DNA of 64,000 nucleotides from Eledone cirrhosa (GCA_964016885.1 OZ024740.1:366358001-366422000); one strand, 5' to 3'. Positions 38,698-52,628 are shown, numbered from the stretch's first letter. Program-made: numbers and translations. Notes: generated from the letters alone by a model not told the origin.

Positions 38698-38755
38698 ATA
38701 CCTGATGATGTCACCGGATTTATACTGAACCCGGTCATTGAAATGATCATAGTAT
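38698..38755 (+). ncRNA. Type I HHR, canonical core
   Basis: ATAC-CTGATGA-TGtcACCGG...CCGGTCAtt-GAAA-TGATCA-TA-GTAT; palindromic stem III ATGATCAT. Confidence 0.8.
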
Positions 38756-38798
38756 AATAAACCTTTCAAGGATTTATATATATATATATATATATATA

Positions 38799-39410
38799 TG
38801 TAGCGAAATCTATCCGCGCCTTGAACCTTGAGTGACACCTAAAGGTCAAATTATAGGTCAATACCCTTTTGGTGTAGACAGGTTGATGTGTTGACTATGC
38901 CCTCAAGGTGGGAGACAGGAAGCGACAGCTATATATAGAGCCTGTAACATCCTACATTAGCAGATACATCGGAGCATTACACCTATAACAAACTATGTAA
39001 GGATTTACTGCTATCAATAGACCCCAGTGTTCTACAGCCAGAGACATCGGTGCATTACGCTAGCAACTAACTATGTAAGGACTCACCACTATCAACAGAC
39101 CCCATGAGGTCTACAGATACACACAGAGAGATTTGAGCCCTACTACTAACAGACCATGTACAAGCCACAGTGGTCTACAACCAATTACAGTCCATTCAGA
39201 GGTATACAAATCATTACTCTCTCTTACTCACTACGGTCTCAGAATTACTACCACGGACTCCAAATAACAACAACATTATCTGTTTGCTCACTGTTTTCAC
39301 GTCAAAAACATTGTCAACCTTAACAACTCTTGGTAACTGTTTTATATGTACTTTTTAATTGATTCACGTGAAGTAAACCATATATAAACCAAATCATTTA
39401 TTCTTTATCA
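38799..39410 (+). mobile_element. Possible solo LTR
   Basis: TG...CA termini, TATA-like ctatatatag at ~38929, two ~78-bp internal tandem units (38961-39116), AGTAAA near the 3' end; no TSD resolvable. Confidence 0.4.
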
Positions 39411-40522
39411 TCATCATCATCATCATTATCGTTTAACATCCATCTTCCACGCTTGCATGGGTTTGGACGGGAGTTTTCCCACTTCAGGCAAGATTGGTTG
39501 TCCTGCTCGTATAGGACTGTCTGGCGGGTTTTCTACGCCTGGATGCCCTTCCTAACACCAACCACGTTTACAGTGTGGACTGGGAGGTTTTTACTGTGTT
39601 ACCTACACGGCCACATTACAGCGTGGACTGTGTGTTTTTTTTTGTCGTGACACCTACACGACCTCATGTTTTTCGGACTGGATGTTGTGGTACCAACATA
39701 ACTTCATATTTAAGGGGGATGGTGTGGATGGGGTAGTGGGACGGGGGTGTATTTTGTTAGAAGTGCCTACTAACTGTAGGTTTCGTTTTGTACTTAAGCA
39801 AGGCGGGTCTTCTGTATAACTGTGTAGCGCCAAAGATCTCGGTCCAGTGACATTGTCTTGGAGAGGTGTAAGAGTGTGAGGTCGGAATTTATCAAGTCGT
39901 CCCAGGTTTTTCTGGGTCTGCCTACTCCGTGGCTACCGTCTAATTTTATCGCCCTGCACTTTTTTATACAGCTGTCGTCTTTCATGCGCATCACGTGACC
40001 ATACCAACGTAGTCTTCTCTCGAGTAAACAACATCTGATCCCTCTTATTCCTAATTTCTCCCTTAGTTCGTTTATGCTTTGCCGTTCACGTATATTACTA
40101 TTACACATCCAGCGGAGCATGCAAGCTTCGTTTCTCTCCAGTCTGCGTATATCCTCTGCACACAATGCCCAGGTCTCACTGCCATGTAGCATTGCTGTTC
40201 GTATGCAGGCATCATACAGCCTGCCTTTCATTTTTAGAGAGAACCCTTTAGCGGCCAATAGTGGTATAAGCTCTCTGAACTTTTTCCATCCCGTTCTGAC
40301 GCTAGCTACTGTACTTTCAGAGCACCCTCCCCCACTGCTGATTTTATCACCCAGGTAACGGAAGCTGTCCACTATTTCTATAGAACCATCTGTGCAATGG
40401 AATGAGTTAGTATTCTGTGGGCACTTGCTGCTACTTATTGCACCAGAGCACCGGCCACATATAAAATCTATATTCTTAGTTAGCTTACCTGTGATCCCAC
40501 TACATCTTTTATGCACCCATAC
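39411..40522 (-). mobile_element. RTE LINE 3' fragment (open 240-aa C-terminus plus 3' UTR)
   Basis: HKRCSGI..FICGRC, VDSFRYLG, KGRLYDAC.R.AMLHGSETW, RRLRWYGHV, GRPRKTW. Confidence 0.92.
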
Positions 40523-40794
40523 TTGAAAACCCCATTATTCGCTTATTATTACTGTTATATGCTTCTCCAATTATGCCCAAAATTCGAACATTTCATTTAA
40601 ACCCTCTCGCTAACTACCCCATTTGTTTTTCTAAAATAACAATCTTGTTTGTTTAATTTTGGCCGAAAAATTCTAGGATTTATAAAATGGCCTCATTGTC
40701 CCTCTTATTCTTTACTCCCGGCCCCACTATATCGTATTACGCGCCGGCTAGTTCACCCTTTCAATCACTCCCTTCTCTCACCAATTATAATAAA

Positions 40795-40854
<60 letters not shown>

Positions 40855-41788
40855 CATATATAATTTTATGTCCATTTTTCCCTGTCTATATCGGTTGGAC
40901 AGATCTTCTCTAGAACAGCATTTCACCACTAGGTTCAATCATTTGATATCACCTATATCAGGTTCAGCCCACTGAGATTAGGCTTTACCACTTCTTCATA
41001 TGATTTTCTTCGTCTTTCTTTTTTACTGGTTTTGTCCACCTAGACCAACTGTCATTTCTTTACTCAACTGTCATTCTTCATATGCATAACCTGTCCACAC
41101 TAGCATAGTCTCTTCTTTTGGACACTTTATCTGATTCCTCTTATAGACATGTTTTTTTCCAGCACATTTATGATCTGTTATTTCTGCACACCAACATTAC
41201 ATATCCATCAAAGTATTCCTGCCTCATTCCTTTCTAGTCTTTTGCATTCAAGACCCATAATTTGCTATCATATATATATAAAGTAAATATTGATATATAA
41301 AAACATCCACCTGTTGACCAATAAACCCTCAATTCAAAAGGTGCTAAACATCCCAGCGGAGGGAATTCACATAGATATTTTTTATTGGTACAACAATTTT
41401 GATATCTTGCGCAAAAAAAGCATATAGAACAATGAAATATTACTTATATTAGCAATATATAGTTCTAATGAATGCTCAGACAACTGTTGTTTCTGATTTC
41501 AAAGAAACTCAATAATCACCACAAATTAATGGATGAGAACTATTGTTAGTGAACCAACCATAATTAATTAACTATATAAGATATCAATTGTCCATAATTA
41601 AGTTTGATTCAGAATATTAGGCATATATCATCATCATCATCATCACCATCATCATCGTTTAACGTCCATGTTCCACACAATTCTGCGTAGTACCCAGTGC
41701 CATGATCTCATCAGACATCTTCTTACATAAGGTTACGTTGAGTTCTCAAATTGAATTACACCAATAACGAGGTTGATGATGATGATGA

Positions 41789-41863
<75 letters not shown>

Positions 41864-41907
41864 CATATATATATATAAAATATATATATATACATATATA
41901 TATATAT

Positions 41908-42013
41908 AAACGGAAAAAATGAAACGAAATTTCCTTTCCCACTCTTAGTACGGCTGTTACTTAAATATAAGTATGTACACGTACATACATATATGTATAC
42001 AGACGTACAGTAG

Positions 42014-42088
<75 letters not shown>

Positions 42089-42270
42089 GCACACATATAT
42101 ATATGTACGTATGGATTCACCGAACATTTATTATAATGCTCGGTGTGTTTGTAAACAAACATCCCGTATTAAGCCGTAGTGTCTAGCAACCATCGTTGCT
42201 CGTTTGTTCAACACTGACAAAGGAATGCTGTACTAGTTTCAAGCTTATTAGCTATCGTCAGCAACGTTTC
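41908..42270 (-). mobile_element. Dispersed, diverged copy of the retrozyme-like unit (short end fragments also at ~42795-42835, ~42912-42955)
   Basis: Colinear with the 37141-38434 unit on the opposite strand. Confidence 0.8.
42227..42265 (-). ncRNA. Minimal type I HHR
   Basis: Minus: GTTG-CTGACGA-tAGCTaataAGCTt-GAAA-CTAG-TA-CAGC. Confidence 0.85.
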
Positions 42271-42599
42271 TTGGTGAGGAGGGTGACTTTGGACATTCTG
42301 CAGGACTAAAAACAAAACCTGTCAAAGGGCAAAGGAGCTCTTAGGAGTCAATGACCATCCAAAATCACCGGGAGAGATGACCCCCTTAGCCTTTGTCAAG
42401 GCAGAATTCTAGGAGAAGGAAAACTCTGATATAACACCTGCAACCCTGATGGTATCCAATGATGTTGACTTGTTCTTCTTTTTGGTAAATATCATCTTGG
42501 TTAAGAGAGTGGTACTGGCTTTGTGCAGTGCCTTTGCACACTATAAAAGCTTCACGGCACAAGCATTGTTTTATATCTGGAGATCTCTCTGCACTTGTC

Positions 42600-42780
42600 G
42601 TCACATGGCACCATGGGCCCAGCACTATGTGTCAATAATTGTCACAAGTGTAGTGTTTGTACCAGCGTTTTCAAGTTGCTGGCTGGACTAAAAAGTCACA
42701 CTCGTAGGGGTTCGGTAGGGGTTCTCCTACATGGATATAAAGTAGTGGCCGTACTCGAAAACGAGTTGGCAGCCACCATA
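42600..42780 (+). mobile_element. LINE (RTE-like) extreme 3' end with a C2H2-like motif
   Basis: CSVCTSVFKLLAGLKSHTRR, then hairpin actcgaaaacgagt and (TA)n. Confidence 0.45.
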
Positions 42781-42858
42781 TATATATATATATAAACGTA
42801 AAAAATGAAACGAAATTTCATTTCCCACTCTTAGTATATGTATATATATATATATATG

Positions 42859-42913
<55 letters not shown>

Positions 42914-42957
42914 CGTAAAAAATGAAACGAAATTTCATTTCCCACTCTTAGTATATG

Positions 42958-43063
<106 letters not shown>

Positions 43064-43073
43064 AACGAGTAGG

Positions 43074-43169
43074 ACCCCGACGGCTGAGCTCAAGCCGTTT
43101 CGACGGCTAATTCTGGACTAAATGAACATTTTTATCCTGGTATATGAATAGCCGAGCTTCTCAGGGGGT
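43074..43169 (-). ncRNA. Type I HHR with extended stems, core variant CTGAGAA
   Basis: Minus: ACCCC-CTGAGAA-..CGGCTA...TAGCCG..-GAAA-CGGCTtgagctcAGCCG-TC-GGGGT; GUC site. Confidence 0.6.
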
Positions 43170-43293
43170 AATTCCATATATGGTAAAAGTGATTGTCACA
43201 AGGATTATCCACTTATTACCCACTCTACTACCCTAAGTATTGAGTACTTTGGTGCGTTATGGTCCACCTGGTTCCTTGCCACATTTCCTTCGT

Positions 43294-43430
<137 letters not shown>

Positions 43431-43432
43431 GT

Positions 43433-44520
43433 ATCATCATCACATCATCATCACCGTTTTACGTCCGTTCTTCCACGCTAGCATGGGTTAGACGGGTTGT
43501 CCTGTTGTGGGCAGTGTCTGGTTGGCTGACTATGCCTTGCTCATACAGGAACTGATTTGGCTTGATTTCTACAGCTGGATGCCCTTCCTAACACCAACCT
43601 CATTTACAGTGAGTGCCGGGTGCTTTTTCGTGGCGCCTACACGGTACTTTACAGTGTGGGCTGGCTGCTTTTTTGCCGTGGCACCTCCACGACCACCTTG
43701 CAGTGGAGGGTGGGCATATTGTCTATATGCTTCAGCTTGTACCCATGGAAGGTCGGGTACTCTGTATTACTGCGTGACGCCAGAGGTCACGGTCGTGTGT
43801 CATCGCCTTTGAGAGGTGTAATTGGGTAAGGTCGGCTTTTATCACCTCATCCCATCTCATCTTGGGTCTCCCCACTCCGCGGTTTCCATCGACTTCTAGT
43901 GCTCTGCACCTTTTTATGCAGCTGTCATCCTTCATACGCATCACATGTCCATACCAACGCAACCGTCTCTCCTACACACAGCATTTGATTCCTCTTATGC
44001 TCAGTCTCTCTCTCAATTCATTTATGCTTTGACGTTCGCGTATATTACTATTACACACCCATCGGAGCATGCAGGCTTCGTTTCTCTCTAATCTACGTAA
44101 GTCTTCCACCTTCAGCGCCCAGATCTCACTACCATGCAACATCGCTGTTCGGATACACGCATCATACAGTCTGCCTTTCATTTTTAGGGAGAAGCTTTTG
44201 CAGCTAGCAGTGGTAGTAGTTCCCTAAACTTCTTCCATCCCGTTCTTACCCTAGTTATTGTACTTTCTGAACACCCACCTCCGCTGCTAATTCGGTCACC
44301 TAGGTAGCAGAAGCTGTCTACTGTTTCTACAGAGCCCTCCTAGAGATTGGTGGTACTTGTTTCCTGTGGCTGTTTGCTGCTTGCTGTCCCAGCACAACTG
44401 CTGCATGTGAAGCCTACATTCTTAATTAAGCTTCCTGAGATCCCGCTACATCTCTTGTGTACCCATTGTTTGCATTTGGGGCAGAGAATGGAGTTCCTAC
44501 CTACACCTTTCCTACATACT
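43433..44520 (-). mobile_element. RTE LINE 3' fragment with a Cys-rich PHD-like segment
   Basis: RKGVGRNSILCPKCKQWVHKRCSGI...FTCSSC; MKGRLYDACIRTAMLHGSE; RWYGHV; 3' UTR. Confidence 0.9.
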
Positions 44521-44524
44521 GATA

Positions 44525-44580
<56 letters not shown>

Positions 44581-44587
<7 letters not shown>

Positions 44588-45135
44588 AAACATGTCTATA
44601 GAATCACAAGATAAAATATATACTATTTTCTCTCCCAATTAGCATAATTAACCATATAAAAAATCGAATAGACCAGGCTATAAGAATGAGGCTTCTATGA
44701 AGAAATCTCCGACAAATAACCGAAAATAGCGCTTCGCGTCGGCCGTAGCGGAATATTTATCGAATATTTCGACAGCGTAATCGCCCAGATATAGTCAACT
44801 AAACAGAATTAGGTGTAAAATAAACTAGGAGAAAATAGAATACATTTAAGTACCTCTACCATGGTTTCGTCCGTAATTTGAGTTTTCCAATAATTATGTA
44901 ATAATTATATAAACTCGAGCGCCGGATTCATCAGGAAGCTCGCTCTTATCTAGACACTAAATTTTCCAAAGTGATCGCGCCAAGAAATTCATTTCAAAAT
45001 GGCTCGGAGATTTCTTCATAGAAGCCTCATTCTTATAGCCTGGTCTATTCGATTTTTTATATGGTTAATTATGCTAATTGGGAGAGGAAATAGTATATAT
45101 TTTATCTTGTGATTCTATAGACATGTTTTATGATA
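44581..45135. repeat. Foldback, ~130-bp near-identical arms, ~290-bp loop (PLE-derived)
   Basis: 44581-44712 is the reverse complement of 45004-45135. Confidence 0.9.
44853..44938 (-). ncRNA. Type I HHR, canonical core, long stem II
   Basis: Minus: CTTC-CTGATGA-aTCCG...GAGTTT...AAACTC...CGGAc-GAAA-CCATGG-TA-GAGG; palindromic stem III ACCATGGT. Confidence 0.8.
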
Positions 45136-45233
45136 TATAGCTCTGATTGTTTAATTTATTAATTTTTCATTGAGCCACAAAGTGACCAGTTGCAAAACAC
45201 GTATATGTATATGTATGTATATATATATGTAAA

Positions 45234-45363
<130 letters not shown>

Positions 45364-45379
45364 CATATATATATATATA

Positions 45380-46947
45380 TTTTTTTCTAAGGCGGGTAAA
45401 ATTCCCGAGATCCATGGACGAGTTCTCTCCAGCGGTCTCTGTCCCTCATTATCGCTGCCATGTCCTGCGTCTCCAACAGACCAGTGTCTGTCCTTAGGGC
45501 ATCAACATACGTTAACCTTGGTCTTCCTCTTCTAGTGTGTCCATGTAGGGGCTCCCAAAGGAGCACTGAGTGCAATGTCAACTCTGGATGTCGGTGAGCA
45601 TGTCCAGCTAACCTCAGTCTCCTCTGTGTCACTTTTGAGCTGACTTTTGGGATGCTCCCATACAGCTCTGAGTTTTTCATCCTCAGTGTATACTGATTAA
45701 TGTTCAGAGCCATCCTCAACATTCTCGTGTAGCACCCATCCACCATCTGAGTGAGTTTCTTGGTCAGTGTCCAAGTCTCAGACCCATACAGCAGCACAGA
45801 CTCCACTACAGCAATGAAGAGGCGGACTTTCAGGTCTCTACGAAGGTCCGACTTCCACACCGATCTCAAGCTGTGGCACGCCGCCTAGGCCTTGCTCTTC
45901 CTCTCAACCACATCATCTTCCGTATTCCCAATCTTTGCTCCCAAATACAGGAAGCCCTCAACCAATTCTAGCGGCTTCCCGCCTACATTAGTGATCCCCT
46001 CTGTCTTCTCAACATTCTCTACCAGATATTTTGTTTTAGTCTCATTCATTCTCAGCCCCACACTCATCGACACAGTCTCAACCTCCTGCATCAAATCCTC
46101 TGCCTCCTTCACTGTATTTGTCACCAAAACTATGTCGTTGGCAAATTCAGCATCCGATATCTTTTTCGCCCTAACTCTCCTGCTCTGAGCCGGTGCTACA
46201 GTAAAGCCAGAGTCCTGGTGTTTCTCCAGTGCAAGGCGCATACAATAGTCCACTACGATGATAAAAAGGTAGGGAGCCAATGTATCTCCCTGGAGCACTC
46301 CAGCCAGTATCTCAAAGAACTCTGTCATCCCATCAGGTGTAATGACTTGGGCTTTGGTGTTGGTGTAGAGCAGTGATATCAGGTCCACTATCTTCTTGGG
46401 GATTCCATAAGCCTGTAAGATCTTCATCAGGCAGTAACGGTCCACAGAATCAAAGGCCTTCCTAAAGTCAATGAAAACCATGACCGCAGGAAGGCACTTT
46501 GCTCTAGCTCCCTCTAATATCCTCCTCAGCATTAGGATGTGACTGGTGGTTGATCTACCCTCTCTGAAGCCGTTCTGGTTGTCTCTGAGCTTCTTCTCCA
46601 TCTCAGGCTGGATCCTGTTAAGAATCATCTTGCTGAGGGTCTTTGCCACAAGTGACGTCAGTGAGATCCCCCTGTAGTTGTTGGTGTTAGAGAGATCTCC
46701 CTTCTTTGGCACTGGGACGATGTTACTGATCCTCCACTGATTCAGGGCAACTCCCTTCTCCAGTGCCCCGTTACAGAACCCCAGGATGATATCATCAAAA
46801 TCACACCTCTTCATCACCTCTGATGCCACTCCATCTTCTCCATGAGCCTTGCCCTCCTTGATCCTCTTCTTGGCTCTCTGAAGCTCCTCTCTGGTGAAGG
46901 GCTCTGTCTCAACATCCAGTTCCTCAAACAGCCGCCTGATCTCCCCA
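45380..46947 (-). mobile_element. Second RTE family, 5'-truncated RT copy, inactivated
   Basis: NIVPVPKKGDLS...NYRGISL, QNGFREGRST, FIDFRKAFDSV, GVLQGDTLAPYLF; FAND where FADD is expected; TAG at 45885; LLYGSETWTL. Confidence 0.92.
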
Positions 46948-47648
46948 TATATATATATATATATATGAAAAACAAGGGGAGAAGAATACTGCATGGTTGC
47001 ACATGGATTACATATTATAAAATTAGTCCCTCATCAGTGATTTGCCAACCATCATTGGTATTTCATCGCATTAAAAATCAGATACCTCAGGTTGGTTCGA
47101 GCAATAACTAAAATAAGCTATTGGGACAAGTGAAACGCGTAAAGCGAGTGAGACAAGTAAACAAGAGAAGGAAAAGCAAACCGAAGGTTGGAAAAACAGC
47201 AAGCCACATGATAGTTATCCGATCAGCATAAGCTGGGTGAATTTCATGAGCGGTCAGAGAAGCAGACCGTACGCCGTGAATGCGGTGTGAGAAAGAAGGA
47301 ACCCCACTATTAGCGAACGGGAGGAAGTGAGAAGGGGAGAAACAGAGAGTGAGTGTGTGGAAGTGCGAGGAAGAGGCCAGTCGAGAGAAAAAGTGTAACT
47401 GACAGAGAGGGCGAAAGAAGGTAAGAGAAACAGAGAGAACGGGGGAGCAGTAAGAGAGAAAGAAAGAAACAGATAATCGCAGTTTAGGTAAATATATATG
47501 AAAAACAAGGGGAGAAGAATACTGCATGGTTGCACATGGATTACATATATATATATATATATATACGTTATTCCGGGTTGAATCGGAGGTAACCACAGTA
47601 AGTAAGGTACTCAATACATAGCAGAGTATAACAGTTTTAATATAGATG

Positions 47649-47801
<153 letters not shown>

Positions 47802-49649
47802 GTATATATATATATAACGAGGATGATGATGATGATGATGATGATATATATATATATAATCATCATCATCATCCTCGTTATTGATGTAATTCAATTTGAG
47901 AACTCAACGTAACCTTATTATGTAAGAAGATGTCTGATGAGATCATGGCACTGGGTAATCATTTGGCCATGCTGTGTCCATAGATATACATATGATTCTG
48001 AAGTGATAAATTCAATTCCCAGCAGTGCATTGTGTCCTTGAGCAAGATACTTATTTCATGTTGCTTAAGATGTGTCTGTAATTCAAACAGCCAGCCTTGC
48101 CATACAGTGTGTCATGTTGAAAACTATGTTAAGAGTGCATATCCTGTGGAACACTCAACCGCTTGCATGTTAATTTCATAGGCAGTCTGTTCCATCGATT
48201 GAACAATTGGAACACTTGTCATCAGAACTAATGGAGCTCCAATAACATATATACATATATATATATATGTTTTACAGCTTCCCTTATTTTTTCTTTTTAT
48301 TTTCGTTATCTTAGGCATAATCTGCCTCCCATTGGCCTTCAATATTTGAAATTTTATTTTTGTTATTTTATTTTCCCCCCTTTTTTCTCTTTTTTTAATA
48401 TTTTTATTCTATTTTATTTACTTTTTATTTTATTTATTTTTTATTATTTGTCTCACTCTCTGTTTTTGATTACCAACTGTAAGGAGCACTTGATACTTGT
48501 TCTAGTCTGTCGTGGCTTACTAGCTCTATACGGACGTTTAAAGTAAATAAACAAATAAATAAATAAATATGTATATGAAAACTGAATTAAAAGCTTTCAC
48601 TGTATTTTTTTTTTAAATACAGAAAATAGGATGAAAGCTTCTAATTCAATTTTCAAATTTTGCTCGCCATCTTCTAAACACATGCTTTGAAATCATCATC
48701 ATCATCATCATCATCACCATGTATATACATATATGTATGTTCTTCTGGTTTTATAATTTCACAAATTTTTGCCAATAGAGAGGGAGAGCTGGTTTCTAAC
48801 CTAGATATAAGACTGTCTCATTGGAATTTATACAACATCAGCTAGGTAGATATGTATGCATGTCTGCATGCATGGATGTTATGGTATGTGTGGATGTGGA
48901 TGTTTTGAGTTGTATGTGTGCGTGTGCATATGCTTTGTATCTGTACAAGTGTATATGCAATTATTAGATGCAGAATTTTTGGAATGTTTTACATATTTTT
49001 ACTGTTCCATTAATGGATTGTACTTGTAATTTGTACTTTAATGGATTGTACTTGTACGTATATATGTGTGAGTGAGTGTATATTAAAGAATTTATCAAAG
49101 TTGCATTTTCATGAAGGCAACACGAGTCAATATATTTTAGGTAGCCCTATCTTCACTCAATTATATATAAAATGAATTCATTGTCTCAAAGTGACAACCC
49201 ATATTTCAATTTAGAAAGGATTGTGAACAAACAGCTAAGACAATATTATATATATATTTCAATGTTTTTTAGACTACAAATTTTTTGTTCCAAGAATGAG
49301 GAGTTTCAGTTCAAGTTATTTCTCTTGTGTTTTAGTTTGAAACTTCAAATTGATATAACTTATGTTCTTTGATAAAACAATATTTGATTAAAAATTTGAA
49401 ATTGACAAAAAAAAAAAAAATTAAAATGAGAAAAAATTCAATTTGAATTTCGATTATAAAAAGAAACTCAGATTTTTTTTCAAATTTTGATTTCTAATTT
49501 CAATTCAAATTTCGTTTTAATTTCATAATTTATTATAATACTTGATTTTTGTTAATAGAATGAATTTAGTTTTATTATTTTAGAATTTAAATCTATAAAA
49601 AAATAGAGAATAGCCAACTATAAATTTTTTTTTATAGATTTATGAGTTT

Positions 49650-49750
49650 TGAATATATGTTAGCTTAAAGTTAATTGCTTCAATGCAAGTTTTTCATAGT
49701 TAAAAACCTGCATTGAAGCAGTTAACTTTAAGCTAACATACATTAAAAAT
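49650..49750. repeat. Short foldback (~45-bp arms)
   Basis: tatgttagcttaaagttaattgcttcaatgcaag...cctgcattgaagcagttaactttaagctaacata. Confidence 0.85.
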
Positions 49751-52628
49751 TCAGAATTCACTCAATGTTCTTAAAAACACACTTTTAAAAAAATCTATAT
49801 ATTTAATTGGGTTCTTAGAAATGTTCAAGTAAGCGAAGAAAAAATAAAGGAGGAAAATATGTTTATGATGCTTTATAAATGGGTAAAACCAAGATGGCAG
49901 ATGGTGCTTTATATGAAGACATTTTAAGTGTACAGTTACGTTAGTTATTTCCTGTCACCTTTTAATGTTATCCATGGTTAACTATGGGTATGTACATGGT
50001 AGGGTCTCAATCCCTTTCACAGCAGCAAGCCACCAGTCATTTTATGTCAGGGGAGGGCCGTATATATACCATATATCTTGCTGTTATGTCTTGAGAGCCT
50101 TTAGCATTTGATTTGATTGATCTGCCTCTTCTATCAAAACAGAGAACTATATTTTGGGGATTTAATTAGAAAAAACAAAAAGAAATAGAAAGAAAAATTG
50201 ATAGGTAGAGAAGGAGAGGAAAACAATTATTATATGGATAGATAATTTGAAGAGTTTGACAGGGTATTAATGTATAAAAAATAGCACAAGAAAGACTGAG
50301 ATAGCAATCAATTGTGCTATGGAAGAGCAGAAGTGTTAGAATGACTAAATGCACCTTATACAATCTAGTTCCATCTTTCTGTCTGAGTTTGAATTTTCAT
50401 TTCATTCCATCAAAGTTGAAAAAGAAGTAGCTATCATATATTCTGAAGTCAACGAAATTTTATGATAATTTAAACAAATGTAAGAAACGGCCTGTACATG
50501 TTTTAACATCTTATGCAAGCTTATTTTGTTTACTCAATTTTAGAACTGTTAAAGACCTCCTTAGCAGCCTATTTCTTATTAACAGAATTTCTTCCGCCCA
50601 AATGCTTGAATCTTGAGTGTCATATGTATAGATTCATTGAAAGATTTTGGCAAAGAAAAACTTCCAAGAAAAAATAATAATGAAAACGTAAAAAGAATGT
50701 ACTTGGAAAACATACAAAACATTGTAAAGTTATTTGATTTATGATGAAGTTATGGCAGGTAAGAAAGATAAATACTAAAAATAAAGCATTTTTTCTTCCT
50801 CATTTTCTATAATTCCTTTTCTCTTTATATGTTATGACAAAATATGAGTAAATAAGATGTTACACAGACAAGCAGGTGTTAACATAGTTAATGCATAGAA
50901 TGTTTGTTTAAAAAACTTAACTAGAAATGAATATGTAGTGAGGAATAAATGTTAGTTTGATGACTAATATTATTCATTTTCATTTTTCTAGAAAGTACAG
51001 GACACAACTCTGGATATATTTCTGCCTTTTTGGTTTTCATCAGCATAGCCTGGATCATAGCTTAGCAAAGTAATAGTTTTGCTTTTTCTTTTTTTGCAGT
51101 CTGGAGGAAGGGGATGTGCCCATAGCTTTTAGAGGCCCTTCATGATGAGGAGGCCCTGTGATTGGAATGAATCATTAAGTATCATCATCATCATCGTTTT
51201 ACGTCCATTATTCCATGCTAGCATGGGTTAGATGTGTTGTCCTGTTATAAACAATGCTAGGTCACAGGCAATTAAATACTGTGGTGTTACATTAGATAAT
51301 GTTATAGATATAAGTCTAAAATAACTGAATGGTCACAATTAGAATGTTTTGATTATATATCTGTCCAATCAAGATTGACTTGCACCATTTGATAATAAAA
51401 GATCAAGGTTAAGGTTAAGTTATTCAAGAAAAGAAAGTAAGCATCTAGCTTGGGAATGTTGTGAAAGCTATTTTCATAGCCCTGACCACCAGTGGGATTT
51501 GAATCCCTTGATGGAATTGGAACTGAGGATGCAAAGTGTTGGTACAAATTCCATTGTCCTATGCTCTAACAATTCTGCCAATTCATTACTGTGGACTAGT
51601 ACTTTATTTTATTGACTGCAAACACATTAAAGACAAATTTGACCTTTGTGGGATTTGAGTGCAGGGAGTCAGAATAAGTACCACAAGATACTCTAACTGA
51701 TCTCCTAACCACTTTGCTAATTTATCACCATACACAGAGACATGCAATCTCACTAGAAAGGTTGAAATATGCAACAACATGCTAGCAGTGGAATTAAACT
51801 CAAGATTTATGATCTGCCAGTACTATATTCAATAATTATAACCCACTCAACCATTTCACATCTTCAAGAAACCTTTATCCATTTGCCACAATGTCTAGAA
51901 CCATTTCTCACTTGTTCATTCATTGCTTTTCACTCATTATCAAAGTTTCATACTTTAATCCAATGAGCATTTCCCAAATCCTTATATCCAAACCACCTCA
52001 TTCTTGAAACAGAAAATTACTTTAAACTTGTCTCTATAATATTATTATAGGCGGTGGATTGGCAGTATCAGTAGAGGGTCGGACGCCATGCTTTCCAGCA
52101 TAGTTATGTCCCTTTACGATCTGAGTTCAAATCCCGCCGAGGTTGACTTTGCCTTTCATCCTTATGGGGTCGATAAAATAAAGTACCAGTAATGCACTGG
52201 GTAATTGCTGGCCTTGTGCCTAAAGTAGAAACAATTATTTATTGACTGAAAAGCTTTTAAAAAGTCAGAGACCATTTTGAAATTCTTGCTTCGTTTTAAA
52301 CTCTCTCTTTCCTTAACAACGAAAACATTTTCACAATGTAATCGTATTTCTAATCCTGCTTGAACTATAATAACTATAACACTACAAAACTTATATAAAG
52401 TGTCTTCTTCATTTTATTGTTTGCTTCCTTTCTACCATTCCTTTTACCTTTACCAAAATATTTAATCTGACCTGCCCTTTTTCTCCTCTATTTCATTATT
52501 TCATTATATTTGCTCCATCCTGTTTTCTTTGTCTCTCTGTCTAGTGGGGAAACCAGACATTAAATGATTATATATATATATACACACACACACACACATA
52601 CGTACATATATATACACACACAAACATG

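Noticed and set aside
47870-47957. HHR at CTGATGA (47934), with an inverted homolog at ~41690-41790
   Set aside because: No GAAA or stem III; truncated repeat fragment
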